Shown here: piece by piece, positions 59,762 to 64,000 of the stretch | How positions within the stretch are numbered: the stretch's first letter is position 1 | How the letters are laid out: the number at the start of each line of letters is the position of its first letter | From: Paracoccaceae bacterium | Lineage (GTDB): Bacteria; Pseudomonadota; Alphaproteobacteria; Rhodobacterales; Rhodobacteraceae | Assembly: GCA_964291375.2 (NCBI GenBank) | Contig: OZ219810.1 | Span: 54,021 to 118,020, forward strand | DNA: 64,000 nt | Direction: 5' to 3' | Program-made: the position numbers and the translations under genes | The notes under the pieces: model-generated | Seen by the model: the letters and a program-made list of their open reading frames with translations, nothing else | Told to the model about the DNA's origin: nothing | Database searches by the model: none

Positions 59762-61993
59762 ATGGCCAGACAGACCCGCGGCGGAAAGGCCCGGAGAGGC
59801 TCGCAACGCCCGCCTGACAGCGCGGGGGCGCGGCAGCCCGGCGGACGGGACGCGGCGGCAATGACCCGTCGCCCGACGGCAACGGCAGAGACAATCCTTC
59901 GCCATGCCGTCTATGTCGCTATCGGGCTTGTGCTGCTGACGCCTCTGGTGATCACCCCGGACACCATCTATCCTTTCGTGGTCGGCAAGGCGGTGTGGTC
60001 GCGCTCGATCATCGGGGTGGCGTTTGCGCTGTGGGTGATCCTTGCTCTGCTGTGGCCGGGATACGGCCCGCCGCGTTCCCGGCTGCTCATGTTGCTCGGG
60101 GCCGGTCTTGCCGTTGCGCTTATTGCCGCGCTCACCGGGGAAAGTCTTCAGCGCAGCCTGTGGTCGGACTACCAGCGGATGCAGGGCGTCATCGACGATG
60201 CCCACTGGGTGGCCTTTGCCGTGGTGGTGGCATCGATGCTTCGCAGCCCTGCGGCCTGGCGGGTGGTGCTCGGCACCTGCTGCGCGGTCGGGGCGGCGGT
60301 GGCCGGTATCGTGCTCGCCCGCCGCTACGGGCTTGATCTGCCGTTCTATGGCGCGTTGCCCGAACTCCATCTGCCGCGCATGAGCGGACCCCTTGGCAAC
60401 CCGACCTATCTTGGCGTCTACATGCTGACGAACCTGTTTGTGGCACTGGGTCTGGCCGCCCGCATCTGGCGCGCGGCTGCATCTGCACACCGGACCAATC
60501 GGTTGCGCGCCCTGCCATGGCTGGCGGCGGGCGGTCTCCATTTCCTGGCGCTCGTGTTCGCCGGATCAGTCGGGAGCTTCGCGGGCCTCGCCGCCGCTGT
60601 GGGTTTTCTTGCACTGTTCGGCGCTGTCATCGCGCGCGGGGGCGTGCGCCTGTTGGCGGTGATGACACTGGTGGCGATGGTGCTGGCCGCCGCCTTCGCA
60701 GGGGCGCGCTTTACCGCCGAGGACCGCGCCGCGCAATGGCTGCCCGAGGGGCCGTTTGCGCGTGTGCTGGCCACCCATATCGACCGCCCGTCCGTCCAAA
60801 GCCGCCTTGCCGCCTGGAAAGCGGGGCTCGAAGGGTTTGCCGACCGCCCGGTGCTTGGCTGGGGGCCGGAAAACTTCATCACCGTCTTTGGCCGCTATGC
60901 TTCGGGCTACGGGGCCTTCTCTGCCTCAAGCGATGAGGCGCACAACAAGTTTGTCGAGGTCGCCGCCACCACCGGCGCGGCGGGTGTTGCCGCTTGGCTG
61001 GCGCTGTGGGGGCTGGCCTTTGCGACGGTGTGGCGCGCCGCCGCCCGCACCACGGGGGGCGAGCAGGCGGTTGCGCTTGGCGCGGGCGCGGCGCTCACCG
61101 GGCTTTTTGTCTCGGGCCTGTATCTGTTTGACACGGCCTCCGGATCGCTGCTGACCGTGGTGCTGCTTGCCTTCGCCGCCAGCCTTGAGCGCACCGCCTT
61201 TCCCGGCTGGCGCGGCCCCCGTCCGCCGGGACGACTGGCCGCACTACTCGCCCCGGGGCAGGTGCGCCGTGCCCTTGCAGCGGCGACGATGACGGTTGCC
61301 CTTGCCGCAGCCACCACCGGCCTTGTCACCCACCAGCGCATCCTTGGCGCGGCCAGCGACAAAGCCCTGGGAGAGGTGGACCATGAGGTCATCGCCGAGG
61401 CCATTGACGCTTTCGGGCCGCTCGCCAACACCTGGCGGCAGGTGCTGTTCGACGCCATCACTGAGGGCTGGCCGCGCATTCTGGCCGAGGACAGCGCAGA
61501 GGCCATCGTCGTCCTTGAATGGGCGGCGGACGAGGGCGAGGCGGCGCTCCGCGCAACCCCCGGTGACTGGCGCATCCATCGCAGCCTCGCACATATGTTC
61601 CGCGCCGTGGCCGAAACTGACCCGGCCTATGCGGATGAGGCAGAGCGCTTTCTTACCAGCACCCGCGCGCTGACCCCGGCGCGCGCGGTGTTTCCGGTCG
61701 ATCCTGAACCGCCGTCGGCGCTCTCGCTCCACCGGCGCGCGGACGGACGCGCCGAACTTCGCTGGCGCTGGCCACAGGAGAGCGTGGGATATATCGTCAT
61801 CACCGAGACACGGGGCCCTGACGGCCCCCTGCGCTATATCCTGCACGCCTATGATCCGGCGCAAACCTCGCTTGTCCTGCCGGAGGGACGCGCGCCCGGA
61901 CCATGGCACTATCACATCAAGGCATGTCGTAATCAGGCGCAATGCAGCCCGGTGGCGGAATGGCCGGACGATACCAATGACGGGGGTGAGTGA
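59762..61993 (+). CDS. O-antigen ligase/polymerase-like (Wzy_C) membrane protein with a long soluble C-terminal extension
   Basis: Multi-TM N-terminal half. GWGPENFITVFGRYASGYGAFSASSDEAHNKFVEVAATTGAAG is a Wzy_C-like loop. About 300 further residues end in an FN3-like segment (PPSALSLHRRADGRAELRWRWP...). Confidence 0.7.
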   Translation: MARQTRGGKARRGSQRPPDSAGARQPGGRDAAAMTRRPTATAETILRHAVYVAIGLVLLTPLVITPDTIYPFVVGKAVWSRSIIGVAFALWVILALLWPGYGPPRSRLLMLLGAGLAVALIAALTGESLQRSLWSDYQRMQGVIDDAHWVAFAVVVASMLRSPAAWRVVLGTCCAVGAAVAGIVLARRYGLDLPFYGALPELHLPRMSGPLGNPTYLGVYMLTNLFVALGLAARIWRAAASAHRTNRLRALPWLAAGGLHFLALVFAGSVGSFAGLAAAVGFLALFGAVIARGGVRLLAVMTLVAMVLAAAFAGARFTAEDRAAQWLPEGPFARVLATHIDRPSVQSRLAAWKAGLEGFADRPVLGWGPENFITVFGRYASGYGAFSASSDEAHNKFVEVAATTGAAGVAAWLALWGLAFATVWRAAARTTGGEQAVALGAGAALTGLFVSGLYLFDTASGSLLTVVLLAFAASLERTAFPGWRGPRPPGRLAALLAPGQVRRALAAATMTVALAAATTGLVTHQRILGAASDKALGEVDHEVIAEAIDAFGPLANTWRQVLFDAITEGWPRILAEDSAEAIVVLEWAADEGEAALRATPGDWRIHRSLAHMFRAVAETDPAYADEAERFLTSTRALTPARAVFPVDPEPPSALSLHRRADGRAELRWRWPQESVGYIVITETRGPDGPLRYILHAYDPAQTSLVLPEGRAPGPWHYHIKACRNQAQCSPVAEWPDDTNDGGE

Positions 61994-62053
61994 TCTGACG
62001 GGCACGGGCCGACACCAACAGGCGACGCGGGCAGGCATCGGGGCGGGCGCGCC

Positions 62054-63118
62054 ATGATCGCTCTGGCGGGACTGAGCGCATTCGTGGTCGCCGCGACATG
62101 CACGGGCTGGATCCTGTGGCGGGTCGGCGACCGGTGGCTGGTCGATCATCCCAACGAGCGGTCCCTGCACCGGGCACCTGTGTCGCGCGGCGGCGGCATC
62201 GCGATTGCCGCCGGGGTGACGGGGGGCTGTGCGGTCGGCACTTATATGGCGGCGGCGGGGCCGGAACTGCTCTGGCTGGCCATGGGTGCGGTGCTTGTCG
62301 GCGCGGTCTCATTCGCCGATGACCTGCGCGGGGTCTCGCCCGGCCTGCGCATCCTGGTCCATGTTATCGCGGCGCTCTGCGTCGTGCAGGGCGGGTTTCA
62401 GTGCGAGCGGATCATCCTGCCGGGGTTGACGCTCGATCTCGGATACCCCGGCGGCGTGGTGTTCACGGTGCTGGTTGTCGTGTGGACGGTGAACCTGTTC
62501 AACTTCATGGACGGGATTGACGGATATGCGGCGGGCATGGCGACCATCGGTTTCACCACTCTGGCGGCGCTCTGTGCCCTGAGCGATGAGGCACTCCTGG
62601 CGGCGGCAACGCTGGCAACCGGCGCGTCCGCGTTCGGGTTCCTGCTGTTCAACTTCCCGCCGGCGCGGATATTCATGGGTGATCTCGGCTCCACCGTTCT
62701 GGGCTATCTGTGCGCGGCGGCAATGCTGGCGGCTGAGCACGCGGACGCGGCCCCGCTTTGGGTTTCGGTGCTGATCTTTTCCCCGGTTGTCGTGGATGCG
62801 ACCGTGACCCTTGCGGCGCGCATACTCGCCGGAAACCGGCCCTGGCGCGCCCATAAAAACCACTTTTCCCAGCGTCTGGTGCGGCTCGGGTGGGGGCACC
62901 GCAAGACCGTGCTCCGGGGCTATGCGCTGATGCTGGGCTGTGCGGGGTCGGCGGTTGCCGCGCATCTGAGCGGGCCAATGGTGCAGTTTGTGCTGATCTG
63001 CGGCTGGGTGGTGTTTTATGCCGCCCTGATGCTGGGGGTTGCCCGGCTGGAGCGCATATCGGCGACGGCATCGACGCCCGGACAGGGCGAAAACACCCCA
63101 CCGGGGCCGCGCCGGTGA
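62054..63118 (+). CDS. polyprenyl-phosphate N-acetylhexosamine-1-phosphate transferase (MraY/WecA/WbpL family, GT4)
   Basis: 354 aa, multi-TM, NLFNFMDGIDGYAAG motif. Confidence 0.85.
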   Translation: MIALAGLSAFVVAATCTGWILWRVGDRWLVDHPNERSLHRAPVSRGGGIAIAAGVTGGCAVGTYMAAAGPELLWLAMGAVLVGAVSFADDLRGVSPGLRILVHVIAALCVVQGGFQCERIILPGLTLDLGYPGGVVFTVLVVVWTVNLFNFMDGIDGYAAGMATIGFTTLAALCALSDEALLAAATLATGASAFGFLLFNFPPARIFMGDLGSTVLGYLCAAAMLAAEHADAAPLWVSVLIFSPVVVDATVTLAARILAGNRPWRAHKNHFSQRLVRLGWGHRKTVLRGYALMLGCAGSAVAAHLSGPMVQFVLICGWVVFYAALMLGVARLERISATASTPGQGENTPPGPRR

Positions 63119-64000
63119 CACCCGACAGCATCCCCCTTCCCCCGGTATCGGTCATCATGCCCGCGCGCGACGACCATGGCGCGATCGGGGCGGCGCTCGA
63201 TTCGGTGATCGCGCAGGAGTATGACAGCGCGGTCGAGATCATCGTCGCCGACGCATCCGAGACGACGGCAACCGAGACCCTTATCCGCCGGAACTACCCG
63301 CAGGTGCAGCTTGTCCGCAATCCGGAGCGCCTGACCCCTGCCGGGCTGAACCGGGCGCTGGCGGTGGCGCGTCATCCGGTGGTGGCGCGGTGCGATGCCC
63401 GCAGTGTGCTGCCGCCGGGTTATCTGTCCCGCGCGGTCGGGACACTGCTGCAAACCGGGGCGGTGAATGTCGGCGGGCGGCAGAACGCCGTGGGAACGAC
63501 GTATTTCGGGCGCAGTGCGGCGCTGGCGATGAGCTGCTGGCTGGGGACCGGGGGTGCGGTGCATCGGGTGGGCGGCCCCGCAGGCCCCGCGGATACGGTC
63601 TATCTGGGGGTGTTCCGGCGGGATGCGTTGGAGGCGGCGGGTGGTTTCGCCTCGGGCCTTGCCCGCAGCCAGGACAGCGAACTCAACTGGCGACTATGCG
63701 CAGAGGGCGGAACGGTGTGGTTCGACCCGGAGCTGGTGGTGACATACCGGCCACGCCCGAGCCTGCCCGCACTCGCGCGCCAGTATTTCGCATCCGGGCG
63801 GTGGAAGCGCGCCGTCATCCGCCGTCACCCCCGTTCACTGCGCGCACGGCAGGCGTTGCCGCCGCTGATGGTGGTGGGTCTGGCGGCGGCGGTGCTGGTT
63901 GCGGCGGGTGCCGCGCCATTTGTTGCGGGCTGCTGCGGCGGGGCGGGCCTGCGGGACGGGGCGCTCGCCGTGTTCGGGGCCGCGCTGGTGCCGCCGCTGC
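63115..64000 (+). CDS. family 2 glycosyltransferase, 5' part (runs off the right edge)
   Basis: Hand translation from GTG 63115 (a GTGA overlap with the previous stop) is stop-free to the window end. VSVIMPARDDHGAIGAALDSVIAQEYDSAVEIIVADAS is a GT2 N-terminus. Confidence 0.75.
   Translation, partial: MTPDSIPLPPVSVIMPARDDHGAIGAALDSVIAQEYDSAVEIIVADASETTATETLIRRNYPQVQLVRNPERLTPAGLNRALAVARHPVVARCDARSVLPPGYLSRAVGTLLQTGAVNVGGRQNAVGTTYFGRSAALAMSCWLGTGGAVHRVGGPAGPADTVYLGVFRRDALEAAGGFASGLARSQDSELNWRLCAEGGTVWFDPELVVTYRPRPSLPALARQYFASGRWKRAVIRRHPRSLRARQALPPLMVVGLAAAVLVAAGAAPFVAGCCGGAGLRDGALAVFGAALVPPL

Noticed and set aside
1-64000. tRNA, rRNA, tmRNA or riboswitch elements.
   Set aside because: Scanning the intergenic regions by eye found no cloverleaf-compatible T-arm or anticodon-arm patterns and no conserved riboswitch cores. 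This is not a substitute for tRNAscan or Infernal.

Overview
High-GC alphaproteobacterial chromosomal window, Rhodobacterales-like by gene content and codon bias only. About half of it (8105-40121, minus strand) reads as one giant surface or adhesin-like gene of roughly 32 kb and 10,600 codons. It carries a Sec-type signal peptide, Calx-beta domains, SwmB-type repeats, dystroglycan/cadherin-like (He_PIG) domains, FN3 domains and a recurrent Cys-FW-Cys module I cannot name. It ends in a 9.55-kb near-identical tandem array of 112-aa and 96-aa Ig-like cassettes. Small indels split it into eight collinear ORFs, and a ninth frame change separates the array from an OMP-like C-terminal tail. Its predicted 5' leader is a (GGGAGCC)6 heptanucleotide tract lying between a consensus extended -10 and an SD-GTG. 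The 450 bp upstream is AT-rich and carries palindromes. To the left lie a partial secreted paralog, an EF-G-like GTPase, an IalB-like protein, serB, serC and serA. To the right lie the fused fdsGB and fdsA formate dehydrogenase genes, a tusA-like gene, aroQ, hutU-G-H-I, hutF, a LysR regulator, an Fe-ADH and a phoR-like kinase. These are followed by an intact IS5/IS427-type IS, a gamma-CA-like gene, gmk and the start of a surface-polysaccharide cluster (O-antigen-ligase-like, WecA-like, GT2). Intergenic DNA holds a family of MITE/REP-like inverted-repeat elements with the core AAAGACCTCTGCAT. I recognised no rRNA, tRNA or CRISPR. All domain names come from hand reading of the translations and need HMM confirmation.
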